Positions 20,288 through 30,422 of a DNA stretch of 64,000 bases are shown here, piece after piece. Origin of the DNA: Terriglobia bacterium (GTDB lineage Bacteria; Acidobacteriota; Terriglobia; 20CM-2-55-15); contig CBDAOY010000002.1 in the NCBI GenBank assembly GCA_965198225.1, forward strand, positions 17,480 through 81,479, in the 5' to 3' direction. The translations under genes and the position numbers were made by a program. Within the stretch, counting starts at the first letter, position 1. Each line of letters starts with the position of its first letter. The notes below the pieces were generated by a model, which was not told the origin of the DNA, ran no database searches, and saw nothing but the letters and a program-made list of their open reading frames with translations.

Positions 20288-20506
20288 GCCGTTGTCCGTT
20301 GGCGGCTGCGCCGCCGGGAAGAGGAGTCTCGGTTCCGACGGTTCCGCTAACAGACACCCCGGGGACAGGGCCAGGCGCCTGTCCACCTCACATTACCTCT
20401 CCTCACGGATCATCCAGCTAGTAAAGCTTGCTTGACATATAGTCGAGGGTTATTTACACTACAAAATGTAAAGTGACATTGATATTTTGTCAAGGAGGCT
20501 TAAATC

Positions 20507-20935
20507 ATGGAAAAGACGTGGTGGGAAAGGTTTACGTGCGACGTCGGGCTCTCCGAGCGGGACCGACGCAACCAGAGGATCCTGCTGGCCTGGCTGTTCG
20601 CGTGGATGGCGGCCTGGGTGGGGGCAAGCCTCCTCATAGACCGGGTGCTGGTGCCCGGAAGCGCGGCCACGCTGGTCGCCGCCCTGGCTCCGAACCTTCT
20701 CGGGGTTGTGGCAGTCCGCGCCTTCATGACGTTCCTGCGGGAGGTCGAAGAGCTGCAGCGCAAGGTGCAGTTGGACGCGCTTGCCTTCGCATTCGGTGTC
20801 GGGGTGATGGCGATCATCGGCCTCGAACTGGCCAACGAGGCCGGCTTCTACGAAGGCAGCCCTACCGATGCGTTGATGTTCATGGCGGTGTCCTATTCCC
20901 TCGGTGTGACTCTTGGATGGCGGCGATACCGATGA
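20507..20935 (+). CDS. Four-TM membrane protein co-transcribed with XRE regulator
   Basis: AGGAGG RBS; EELQRKVQLDALAFAF; ATGA overlap with next gene. Confidence 0.75.
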   Translation: MEKTWWERFTCDVGLSERDRRNQRILLAWLFAWMAAWVGASLLIDRVLVPGSAATLVAALAPNLLGVVAVRAFMTFLREVEELQRKVQLDALAFAFGVGVMAIIGLELANEAGFYEGSPTDALMFMAVSYSLGVTLGWRRYR

Positions 20936-21141
20936 AAAACCGGATCAAGGTGTTGCGCGCCGAGCGTGACTGGACTCAGGCAGACCTGGCGGTCCAACTC
21001 GAAGTATCACGGCAGACCGTCAATGCGATCGAGACCGGTCGATACGACCCGAGCCTGCCCCTCGCTTTCCGCATCGCCGATGTCTTCGAGCAGTCGATCG
21101 AAACGATATTCACTCCGAACGGCCGGGAAGTGAACACGTGA
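20932..21141 (+). CDS. XRE-family HTH regulator
   Basis: MKNRIKVLRAERDWTQADLA..VSRQTVNAIETGRYDPSLPLAF. Confidence 0.92.
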   Translation: MKNRIKVLRAERDWTQADLAVQLEVSRQTVNAIETGRYDPSLPLAFRIADVFEQSIETIFTPNGREVNT

Positions 21142-21201
21142 TGGGCCCCACTTTCCCCGCGGCGCAGCCGCCAACGGCCCACGCACAACGGCCTACGTCT
21201 T

Positions 21202-22491
21202 CTAGATCCTTCCCTCTTCCCTCAATTTCTCCAGATGTGCCGTCACCGACCGCTCGGCCAGGCTCCACATCTTCGGATGGACGTCGGTGTAAATCTCCGG
21301 AACGATTTCGTCGGCCGTCCGGGTTCCCCGCTCCCAGGCTTTGAGGATGTTGGCCTCACGCTCCATACGATGATCGATGTATTCGCGGAGCTTCTCGGGC
21401 GCCGTGGCCGACGCCGGGCCATGGGCGAAGAACAGCGCTTCCGGGTTGAGCGCTTCTACTTGCCGCAGCGATGCGAGGTAGGTCGCCATGTGTCCTTCCG
21501 GCGGGTCGATGAGAATGGTCCCGATGCCCGCCATCAGGTCGCCGGTGATCACGGACCGACGCTTTTCCTCGAGAACACAAACGTGGCCGCGGGCGTGCCC
21601 TGGCGTATGCAGGACTTTCAACGTCCAGCCCGGGTCGCCGGCCAGTTCCACCCGTTCCCCATCGACGAGAAACCGATCCACTTCGACGATCCCTCGAATC
21701 TCGTCCGCGGTGACTTCATGCGCCGCGATGGGGATCTTCCATCGATCACGCAGATGGTTGGCACCGCTGATGTGATCGCTGTGACGGTGGGTCAGCCAGA
21801 TCTCCCGGATCTTGCGACCCTCCGCAACCATGTCCTCGAGGACGGAATCCAGGATCGCCTGCTCTTCCGGGTAAGGCGAAGCCGGATCGATAACGATCAG
21901 CTCGTCGCCACCGACGAGGTAACAGTTCGTATGGGTGGCCGGCGGCAGGGTGGGTGTCCGTACCGGAACGAGGACGATGCCCTTCCGCATCTCGATCGCA
22001 CTTATTTCCCCGCCTCGAGCCCTGGGATCCTGGGTGATTCGAGATTCAATATCGTCGAGTCCCGACGACAGGGCCTCCAGGGCATGTCGGATGGGCGGCG
22101 CCATCATAATGGAGCCTTCTTCCCACAGCGCGACGGCATCACCGGGCCGGACCCATTCGCCATGGTCGAGTTCAGGAGTGTTCGGGGTGGGATTCTGCCC
22201 CTCCTGACATTGCGCAAGGAAGAAGCACGTATCGAAACGGCGCGGAGCGAAGGCGGGTGTCACCCAGCGGCCGACCGGACTCAGTGCGGCCTCCTCGACC
22301 CGAACACCGAGTTCTTCGTCGAGTTCCCGCGCCGCGCAGGCCGTCATCTCCTCTCCCGGCTCGCACTGGCCACCGGGAAAGGCATAATAGCCGCCCAAGA
22401 ACATCATTGTTCGGGACCGCCGAACCCAATAGACCTCCAGCTCCGGACTTTCGCGGTACAGGATCACCGCCGCGGCGTTGCGTGGTGGCAC
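21202..22491 (-). CDS. NUDIX hydrolase / metallo-beta-lactamase-fold fusion
   Basis: FPGG..ARELDEELG Nudix box; THRHSDH, HTPGHARGH; GTG start after AGGAGG. Confidence 0.88.
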   Translation of the reverse strand: MPPRNAAAVILYRESPELEVYWVRRSRTMMFLGGYYAFPGGQCEPGEEMTACAARELDEELGVRVEEAALSPVGRWVTPAFAPRRFDTCFFLAQCQEGQNPTPNTPELDHGEWVRPGDAVALWEEGSIMMAPPIRHALEALSSGLDDIESRITQDPRARGGEISAIEMRKGIVLVPVRTPTLPPATHTNCYLVGGDELIVIDPASPYPEEQAILDSVLEDMVAEGRKIREIWLTHRHSDHISGANHLRDRWKIPIAAHEVTADEIRGIVEVDRFLVDGERVELAGDPGWTLKVLHTPGHARGHVCVLEEKRRSVITGDLMAGIGTILIDPPEGHMATYLASLRQVEALNPEALFFAHGPASATAPEKLREYIDHRMEREANILKAWERGTRTADEIVPEIYTDVHPKMWSLAERSVTAHLEKLREEGRI

Positions 22492-22702
22492 ATCTCCTCC
22501 TAAGGACCGGGCAGTATAGCAACCTTTCGAGGACGCGCCCACTCCGGGAGAGTGGCGAGGGCCACGGCCGGCGGCAGTCTTGGCAAACCACTCGCTTCCG
22601 GCGGCGGCATACGTCAATTGAACTTTATATGTGCCTTTGCTAGGGTAGTTGTCAGTTCCGCATACGCGGCGCACGACCGTCAGTGCACCCACGTGCCAAT
22701 GA

Positions 22703-22776
<74 letters not shown>

Positions 22777-22915
22777 TTTATTTTCAGTAATTTAGGGCTT
22801 TATCAGAGTACGTGCGGAGGGCGACTGTAGCAGGAACTGTAGACGGCAGGTTCCTGCAGCGCGAATCCCGATGTGGCTGGCTTGTCGCTGGTAGGCCATC
22901 TCCCTAATCGTTTTC

Positions 22916-24019
22916 TCAATGAATTGCGTGGTTCCGCTCTTCGAGCGCAACGTTCTTTTCGAGGTTCAAGCCTTCAAGTTTCTCGAAAGCTCGTTCTACC
23001 ATTTCCGGGGTCGGGTGGACGTAGCGTGTACTGATGTTGATGTTCGAGTGTCCTGCAATTTTCTGAATCGTGAACGGATCAGCACCGGCTTGCCCCAATC
23101 GCGTCAGCATCGTGTGACGTAGCGAGTAAAGCACGAAGTGAGAAACGCCTGACAGCCTCAACGCCTTGGCGTGTTGAGATTTGAGGCTTTCCAGATGGCC
23201 GCTGGCAGCCTTGGAAGAAAACACCCAGCCTTTCTCCGGCCTACCACCCTGTACCCATCGCACTTCGAGCACGTTCTTCACGCGATTCGTCATTGGGATA
23301 TGTCGTCGGGCGTTCTTACTCTTGCCGAACGGATTGAAGATGTACCCGCATCGGGAATTCGGAGCAGGCTCGAAGTGGATATTCTCCCAATCCATCCTGA
23401 AGACTTCCTCTGGGCGCATACCTGTATCGAGCAGTACCAAGGCTACCGTGCGAAGTGGCTCCGACGCGACTCTCAGGTACGCCTCCTCCTCTTGGTGAGT
23501 CAGCACACGTTCCCGGATGACCTCGCCCGGAAGGCGGCGAATCATTGGCGCGGCCCCTATGACCTTCCACTCAGCGGCTAACCGCAACATTCGGCGAAGC
23601 ACTTCCAAATGCCTGTTGATGGTGGCAGGCTTGAAGGGCTTCCCGTTTGGCTTTCGTTCCTGCCTTCGCTTAGTGACGTAAGCAGCTACCATGCCCTCAT
23701 CCACCTGGTCTAGGCGGGCCTTACGGAGCACATCGAAATCAAGTAGCCGCTTGACACCGGTTTCGTAGTATTCGACGGTATTGGGCTTGCCGCGATGCCA
23801 CTCGCGCATGGTCTCCAAGAACCGATCCGCGAATTCCTCGAATCCAGGTACCGGATCAGGTTCCCGAATACCCACATCCTCCTTAGCCAGCTTCGTTCGG
23901 TAAGCTGCTTCGATCTTCCTTGCCTCCGTGCGGTTTCTTTGCGCGGTGCTTCGTTGAATCCTCTTGCCGTCATGCCAAAAGGAAAACCAATAGACGTTTC
24001 CGCGTTTGTAGATCGACAT
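22916..24019 (-). CDS. Tyrosine recombinase/integrase
   Basis: Arm-binding MSIYKRGNVYWFSF; TGMRPEE, KSK, YSLRHT, AGHSNINISTRY. Confidence 0.95.
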   Translation of the reverse strand: MSIYKRGNVYWFSFWHDGKRIQRSTAQRNRTEARKIEAAYRTKLAKEDVGIREPDPVPGFEEFADRFLETMREWHRGKPNTVEYYETGVKRLLDFDVLRKARLDQVDEGMVAAYVTKRRQERKPNGKPFKPATINRHLEVLRRMLRLAAEWKVIGAAPMIRRLPGEVIRERVLTHQEEEAYLRVASEPLRTVALVLLDTGMRPEEVFRMDWENIHFEPAPNSRCGYIFNPFGKSKNARRHIPMTNRVKNVLEVRWVQGGRPEKGWVFSSKAASGHLESLKSQHAKALRLSGVSHFVLYSLRHTMLTRLGQAGADPFTIQKIAGHSNINISTRYVHPTPEMVERAFEKLEGLNLEKNVALEERNHAIH

Positions 24020-24038
24020 TACTTTCGCTCTCCTCCTT

Positions 24039-24233
24039 TCAAATTGATTTGGTCGTCTTCGCTTTCTGCCTAGCGCCTTTCTTTGCCTTGGGCGGTCTGC
24101 CACCCAGCTTGCCCCACTCGCGCATCTTGCGTTCAAACTCTTCCTTGCCCCACTTTCGCTTACGCACGGCAGCACTCCGTTTGCCGAGTAGGCTGGCCGC
24201 CTCGTTGACTTCCTGTTGCTTACTGCGTGTCAT
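24039..24233 (-). CDS. Small basic protein upstream of integrase
   Basis: GGAGG RBS; LGKRS...WGKLGGRPPK; co-oriented with integrase. Confidence 0.6.
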   Translation of the reverse strand: MTRSKQQEVNEAASLLGKRSAAVRKRKWGKEEFERKMREWGKLGGRPPKAKKGARQKAKTTKSI

Positions 24234-24335
24234 GGTGTCCTACCTCCATTATAACCTATCGTTAGGTTTATAGCTTGAGATTTTTGTGTCTAAATAGGGT
24301 GTCCGGTAGTGTCCTAAATAAGGCGGTGCTCCACG

Positions 24336-25250
24336 ATGCCTATGCGCGACGATCCTGAAACGAATCTTCAGAGGCAACTCAAAGCGGCTCTTGACAAGGC
24401 TCTCGATAACTTAGTCGAGGGAGCGATGACTAACTGCCGCCTCGATAAAGAGTGCGCGGAAACCGAGGAAAGCATTCGTGAACGTCTCCTCGTCTTGGGA
24501 GAGCAACTCTTGTCGATTTCCCATGACGATGACCACGCCAGAGCGGGAACTTTATTTGGCTTCGACATGGACCAAGGCGATATCGAACCGGCGAGAAGAC
24601 GCATTACGAAAGCAATCGAAGATATCCGTAAGTTCAACAACACGAAGGCCCTCAAATCCCGCGACATCCTGGAGGGATTTCCGTCGATAGAAGAATTGCC
24701 AATCAGACACGAAGTCGATCCAGATAGCCCGCACGACATTCCAGATAGTAGACTCTTTGATTTCTTACCGGCCATCATGGAGGCCTATCTCGTCCACCTT
24801 CAGCGCTATGTCGAGGGCTGCAAGCAGCACCAGTTCCGCAACCGCCTCCGCGACGCAAACAAGGCAGCCCTATTGAGATGCGTTCGAGGTTCGGAGGCTG
24901 GCAAAGCGCACTACAATCGGATTATTCTGTTTCTCGAACAACTCGCCGAATTCCGAGGCGTTAACCTTCCTGTAGACGACGACCGATACGAATTCACTTA
25001 TGACGCCCTCCGTCAGTTCGACCGGCGTCATCCAGTACCGGAAGAACCCCGACATTTCTCTCCGTTCCTCCCTTCGGTTGAAGAAGACGGGGCAACTGCC
25101 TCCGGCCACCCGGTGCGACTGGAAACGAAGCCACGGCGAGGAGTGAGGCACCGGAATCGGCGAAAGCCACCGGCAACAGCTACCCCCTTTGCCTACCGCC
25201 ACCGCGCCAGTCGTCGACTCTACCCCCCCTGCCGGACTCGACCCCTTTAA
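24336..25250 (+). CDS. Hypothetical protein
   Basis: 304-aa ORF divergent from integrase; no motif recognised; C-terminus may be frameshifted. Confidence 0.5.
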   Translation: MPMRDDPETNLQRQLKAALDKALDNLVEGAMTNCRLDKECAETEESIRERLLVLGEQLLSISHDDDHARAGTLFGFDMDQGDIEPARRRITKAIEDIRKFNNTKALKSRDILEGFPSIEELPIRHEVDPDSPHDIPDSRLFDFLPAIMEAYLVHLQRYVEGCKQHQFRNRLRDANKAALLRCVRGSEAGKAHYNRIILFLEQLAEFRGVNLPVDDDRYEFTYDALRQFDRRHPVPEEPRHFSPFLPSVEEDGATASGHPVRLETKPRRGVRHRNRRKPPATATPFAYRHRASRRLYPPCRTRPL

Positions 25251-25359
25251 GGGACGGTTCATCCTTCAAGCCAATATTCCCGGCTTGTTCCCTTGCGCCC
25301 AGTAGCCTCACGCACATGCTGGATGCGGGATAGAGAAAAGGTATATATTCAATACTATA

Positions 25360-25642
25360 ATGACCCAATTGTCATTCGAGTATGATCGTTGTTTGATCAG
25401 CCAAAAGCGCCACAAACAAGGCCAAGCATGGCATCAACTTCGACGAAGCCCAGGTCCTTTGGAAAGATGATCGGAGGCTGGAAGCTCCGGCAAAAACCGA
25501 TGACGAGCCGCGCTTTCTGGTGATCGGAAAGATTGGCGAGAACCACTGGGCTGCCGTCTGCGCTCATCGGGGGGACAATGTGCGGATCATCTCGGCGCGG
25601 CGCGCCCGGAAACAGGAGATCGATCACTATGAAAGCAACTGA
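25360..25642 (+). pseudogene. BrnT-family toxin disrupted near its N-terminus
   Basis: FEYD / AKSATNKAKHGINFDEAQVLW...RIISARRARKQE, interrupted by TGATC-GTTGTT-TGATC. Confidence 0.75.
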
Positions 25643-25844
25643 GTTCGACCGAAAATTTGATAAGGGAGAGGACGTTAGCGAGCATGTCGACTGGTTGAAA
25701 GCAAAGCGCCCGAATGTGCAGGTAAAGCGGGTGAATGTGGACTTCCCGACATGGGTTGTCGACGGGCTGGACCGTCAGGCACGGCACCTTGGCGTGACCC
25801 GACAAGCGCTCATCAAGTTGTGGATCGCGGAACGGCTACAGTGA
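25629..25844 (+). CDS. BrnA/CopG-type antitoxin
   Basis: MKATEFDRKFDKGED...KRVNVDFPTW..LDRQARHLGVTRQALIKLW. Confidence 0.85.
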   Translation: MKATEFDRKFDKGEDVSEHVDWLKAKRPNVQVKRVNVDFPTWVVDGLDRQARHLGVTRQALIKLWIAERLQ

Positions 25845-26267
25845 CGCGACAGCCGAAGCTGAAGGCGGCCTTATACTCCTAATACTGTCCCACGAATGTC
25901 GATCGCATCATTGAGTTAAGAGACGGGACGTTGAAATTTGCGAGCTTTGCTAAGGCCCTCGACGCTCACCCAAAACCGGCCAAAGAAGTGATCACCGACC
26001 CTGGCGAAGGGATAGCGGCAGCCGGAGCGCAGAAGGGAGCGTAATCCGACGCGGAAACGGTACCGGAGCGGATACTACACCCTTGATCCAGATCTCCCTG
26101 GCCTGCCAGTAGACGATGCAGGCGAGGATCAGGGTCGGAGGTCGGCACGGTTCTGTCCGAAACAAACGCTCGTCTTGACCGAACAGTTTAGTAGCATGGA
26201 ACGTGACGCATTCCATGTTTCGTATCTGTCATATAAAATACCAGAAGCCGTATTCCATCGTCAGGCC

Positions 26268-26595
26268 GTGAAAACCGTTGCCTATTTGAGGGTCTCGACC
26301 GCGCAGCAGGACGTGCGCAGCCAGCGCCTCGCCAGCCTCGAGTACGCACGCAAACACGACTTCCGCATCGACGATTTCATCGAGGCGACCGCCTCTGGAC
26401 AGGTTTCCGAAAAGCGCCGCCGACTCGACGAGCTGATGAACGTCCTCCAGCCCGGCACCGTTTGGTCGTCAGCGAACTCTTCCGGCTCGGTCGGTCGCTG
26501 GGTCAGATCGTTGCCATCCTCGACGCCCTCGCCAAGGCAGGCGTCGCCTTCGTGGCGATGAAGGAGAACATCCGCATCGAGGGCCAGCGCGACCT
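26268..26595 (+). pseudogene. Serine resolvase fragment (frameshifted, truncated)
   Basis: VAYLRVSTAQQD; VVSELFRLGRSL in a shifted frame. Confidence 0.8.
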
Positions 26596-26967
26596 CATCC
26601 GATGCCCCAAGCGTTTCCTGGCCCAAGACGTCTACCAGCGCGTCATGGTCGACCATCGAGCCCGCCCTGCGCACTGAACGACACTTTTGACTTATAGGAG
26701 CTTATAGGAGCGTCCAAAGCACTGGCCGAATCCGTAATCGGCCTATACAAAACCGAGATCCTTCGGAAGGACGGCCCCAGGAGGAGCGTCAACGATGTGG
26801 ATTCGCCGCACTGGGCTGGGTCGCCTGGTTCAACGACCAGCGGTTCCTGGGACCGATTGGCGACATACCACCGGAATTCGAACAGATGTACTATCAGCAG
26901 CAACAGTCCCGGCTTCATCGAGGCCGGACTCAACTAAAACTGTCTCAGAAAAACTCGGGGTGATTCA
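26596..26967 (+). mobile_element. IS110-like 3' end followed by IS3-family 3' fragment and IRR
   Basis: IRCPKRFLAQDVYQ plus TTGACTTATAGGAGC; ALAESVIGLYKTE..WFN..; end CTCAGAAAAACTCGGGGTGATTCA. Confidence 0.65.
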
Positions 26968-27200
26968 GTCGAGCCGATGAGGAAGCCTTCGTCAAAGATT
27001 CTGCAGTGACCTGTGTTGCGGCCCTAAAGTACACTTCCTGGCGGAGCATTCAGATTTGACGTATTCGGGGTTGAGGGTCTTGCTCGTCACCTTTGCGGGC
27101 TCGCAGTGGGCCTCGACGCACCTATCGACCTGTCCGATCCCGTCTCAAATGGCGAGAGTGCCCGTAAACAATCGTGAAACGTGGTTGGAGAAATTGAAAT

Positions 27201-28045
27201 TTGAACGTCATCGACATCAATACGTGGGACGACTTCGAGTTCAGATTGCGAAACTTCCGGAGGGATCATGGTGGTCGGCCTTTCTTGTTTCGTGGTCTTG
27301 AAGACCATCGGTACGAGTTGACTACAACTCTTGAACGACATGCTTCCATGGGAATGTCGTTCAGGCAGTACTACCGCCTCATTTCCATTATCAGACCTCA
27401 GATTGAAAGTTTCACCCAAAAGAAGTGGGACGTTCCAGAGTACCCTGAGTACCTGAAGTGGCTCGACCGGAATGACAGCATTGGGCTTTTCAATGAACTG
27501 CCAGCATATGACTACATGGTGTATTTGCGTCATCATGGATTCCCGTCTCCGTTGCTCGATTGGACGGCATCTCCATACGTCGCAGCCTATTTTGCGTTCC
27601 GCGGTTTCACCGAAGAGTCCAGCCAAGGTCACCGAGAGAAAAAGGTGGCAATTTGTGTCTTTAGTGAGCAGGCACTAGATTTCAGAGCTACGTCGAGCGG
27701 CGAGCCAGAAATTCGTCGTTGCGGTCCGTACGTTCGGAGCCACCAAAGACACTTTCTTCAACAAAGCGACTACACGTTGTGTGTTGTTCGGACCACCAAT
27801 ACCACGGCCGATCCTGATTCGGGTGGAGATGCGTGGTGTTATGCGTCGCATGAAGACGTGTTCGGAAGTGCTGATTGCCCCGAGAATCTTCTATGGAAAT
27901 TCTGTATTCCAGCGACCGAACAGCGAAAGTCCAGAAGATGCTAGATTCGTACAACTTAAACGCGTTCTCGTTATTTGGCTCAGAGGAGAGTCTTATGGAA
28001 ACGATGGCTTTACGAGAACTGCACTTTCGCAACCAGCCGCTCTGA
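27201..28045 (+). pseudogene. FRG-domain protein with frameshift near 27930
   Basis: FLFRG, RHHGFPSPLLDWTASPYVAAYFA, QQS; tail LDSYNLNAFSLFG continues in another frame. Confidence 0.8.
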
Positions 28046-28527
28046 AAGGCGGTTTCTGGATAGCGAAACGGCGTCGCACGCACTAGCTATCCAACGAATC
28101 GCCGCGCCGACGGCGATTCGGTCTACCTGCTCCGTCAGCTCGAACCCGCCATCACTGTGCGCCGTCAGAGACTTTCCCACAAAGATGCTGGAACGGTCGA
28201 GGACGCGGTCGATCGCGCTGCGCAGAGCCCCGATGCGTCGATGACGAACAGATGCCCACGGGTTGGATCGATCCCTTCGACCAGATCCTCCAGGAACGCC
28301 GACGCGGCCTTCTCTCGCTGGCCCCCAACAAGGAGGTAACCAGCGGAAGGGCCGCTTCAGCTGCGAGCAAGGTTCTTCCTAATCCGCAGTCAATCCGAAA
28401 AGCCAAGACAGCAGTGGCTTCTGCCCTAACACAACGCCCGAACAGCCAAGAGTAAAGCGCAAAATGGAGACGACGATGACGCGCTCACGAACTTGATAGC
28501 GGGTCACGGCTGATGATGCTTTCGCCG

Positions 28528-28890
28528 CTATTCTCGTCTGTCTCTTTTCTCGTCCAACAGTTTGCGTTGTTCGGAACGCTGTTCAACCCAGTGTTCCATA
28601 AGCGGCCGGAACTGCTCCCATTCTGAAGGCATGAATCGATACATGGTCTCCGACCATGGTAACTCCGGGTCTGTGTTGATCCTTGCGTCTTCCAATATTC
28701 CTACTAGGTGATAACAGGCCCGCGATCCAAAGATGAAGGTGCATTCCCTTATGGCCCCGACGACGCCATCTTCGTCGCAAACAGCAATCTTGTGAAGCGC
28801 TTCAATGGCGGCTCCCACCGCCTCGCATATCTGATCATCTGTGCTACCAGTTTGAGCAGAGATTTCAGCCAGAATGTTTTGCGTGGTCAT
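28528..28890 (-). CDS. Hypothetical protein
   Basis: GGAGGAGG RBS; 120-aa ORF. Confidence 0.55.
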   Translation of the reverse strand: MTTQNILAEISAQTGSTDDQICEAVGAAIEALHKIAVCDEDGVVGAIRECTFIFGSRACYHLVGILEDARINTDPELPWSETMYRFMPSEWEQFRPLMEHWVEQRSEQRKLLDEKRDRRE

Positions 28891-29065
28891 GCGGCCTCCT
28901 CCGCTGGCGAGTTATCCCCACCGACGAGAGCACGAACTAAGTTTGACGGGGACCGGCTTTTACTCGAGATTCGCGAGACCAGACGAGCCGACAGCCGTGA
29001 CGCACTCCCCTAAACCCACGGTCTTGCCTGAAGAGGAGAACATCCAACCGTCTGGTCTGTGACAT

Positions 29066-29686
29066 CTACGTCAGCCTTGCCTCCACAAGCAGCAGAAAAC
29101 TGTCGGCGCCCACAGGTTCCGGGAACGCCCGAGCATTCGCTCTCAAACTCACCACGGCCCCTGGCTTCTCCAGGGCCGCCTCCTGCGCCTCGGTCAGCAC
29201 CAGGCCGTCCTGAGCCACTCTCGCTTCCAACGCCTTCAGACGCTTCTTTGTGTTTTCTACGTCGTGACGTTGCCACACGCATCGGACGCCGGCTGGCGAA
29301 ATCATAAGCCCTTGCTTCCGCAGCTCGTTGGCCACCCGCACCTGGCCCCATGTCGGTTGCTCGATCGCCAGCTCCACCACCGCGGCTTCGATCTCCGGCG
29401 CCACGCGGTTCTTCAGAACCGGTTTCCGTCGGCTCATGTCCGCCACCGCGGCTTCTCCGCCTTTCTCGTACAGCTTTTTGAATCGGTAAAAGCTGTCCCG
29501 GCTGTATCCCATGACCTGGCAGGCCTGAGACACGTTCCCCAACTGCTTGGCCAACTCCAAAAGGCCAACTTTCGTCTTGATCACTTTTTGTGCTTGAGTC
29601 ATTGTCATCGTCTCCATTTCCCCGTTCAGAGATCTAAAGACTCCGACTATCGTAGAGGCGTGTCAGATCCGGTCTGAACTAATGCA
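29066..29686 (-). mobile_element. Truncated IS481-family element
   Basis: [27 protein letters not shown]; IRL-like TGCATTAGTTCAGACCGGATCTGACA; DDE domain missing. Confidence 0.85.
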
Positions 29687-30348
29687 TTTGAAAACAACTC
29701 ACCCACAAGATATTCGCCGTTCCTCCACGCCTTCTCCTGATTCAACTGCAAAAATATCCTTTCAAGGGCGATGAGTCCGCGCCCGCGTGGATCCCATCCG
29801 TCACGGACAGCGCGCCTCAAGTTTTCTCGGCACTCTGCGATGGTGGCTTCAAGGGTGGCTTCATATGCTTCGCGCCATTCCTGGTCCCACGGCACGTCAG
29901 TAAACCAATTGATGATGTCGAGGGAGAGTTGTGCTTCCGCTATATGTCCGGGCAGTTCGTTCTGGTTCGTCAGGATCAACTGAACAAAACAGACGCGGTG
30001 CGGATAGTCGATCCACCCGGCGATCTCGTGGCGGAGCCAGTCAAGCCAGAGCGTTTGAACCTCGTCAAGAGAGTTCTTCTCTACGAACGGCAGCGCGGCC
30101 TCTCGAAAGTCATTCCGGAGGCGCCAAACCGCAGCCAGAAGGTCGTGAGCATGCTGAAGTGTTCGGTGATCGAAACCATCAACGGTGCCCCATTCTGAGT
30201 GATCGGCATCGTCCAGAAGAGATCGGGCAAATTCTGTGTATCGATTGCATTTGGAAACGATGATCCCAAGCGCCTGGTGATACACGTCGTGCTGTTTCCC
30301 AGCCACTTCCATGTCGCCGTCACCTTTAACAATGGGTATGACAATCAC
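29647..30348 (-). CDS. Hypothetical protein, 3' end runs into the IS481 end
   Basis: 233-aa ORF directly downstream of the type IIL R-M gene. Confidence 0.5.
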   Translation of the reverse strand: MIVIPIVKGDGDMEVAGKQHDVYHQALGIIVSKCNRYTEFARSLLDDADHSEWGTVDGFDHRTLQHAHDLLAAVWRLRNDFREAALPFVEKNSLDEVQTLWLDWLRHEIAGWIDYPHRVCFVQLILTNQNELPGHIAEAQLSLDIINWFTDVPWDQEWREAYEATLEATIAECRENLRRAVRDGWDPRGRGLIALERIFLQLNQEKAWRNGEYLVGELFSNALVQTGSDTPLR

Positions 30349-30422
30349 TTTGGCTTTCCCGCACGTTCACGCAGATGCTTCACTGTAAGCGCCGTTACCG
30401 CCCAGTTCGCTCAGAAGTCGCC

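Noticed and set aside
9201-22503. Long antisense ORFs (e.g. 9201-10550, 16433-17473, 21235-22503; also 56227-57588)
   Set aside because: Shadow ORFs opposite well-supported genes in GC-rich DNA
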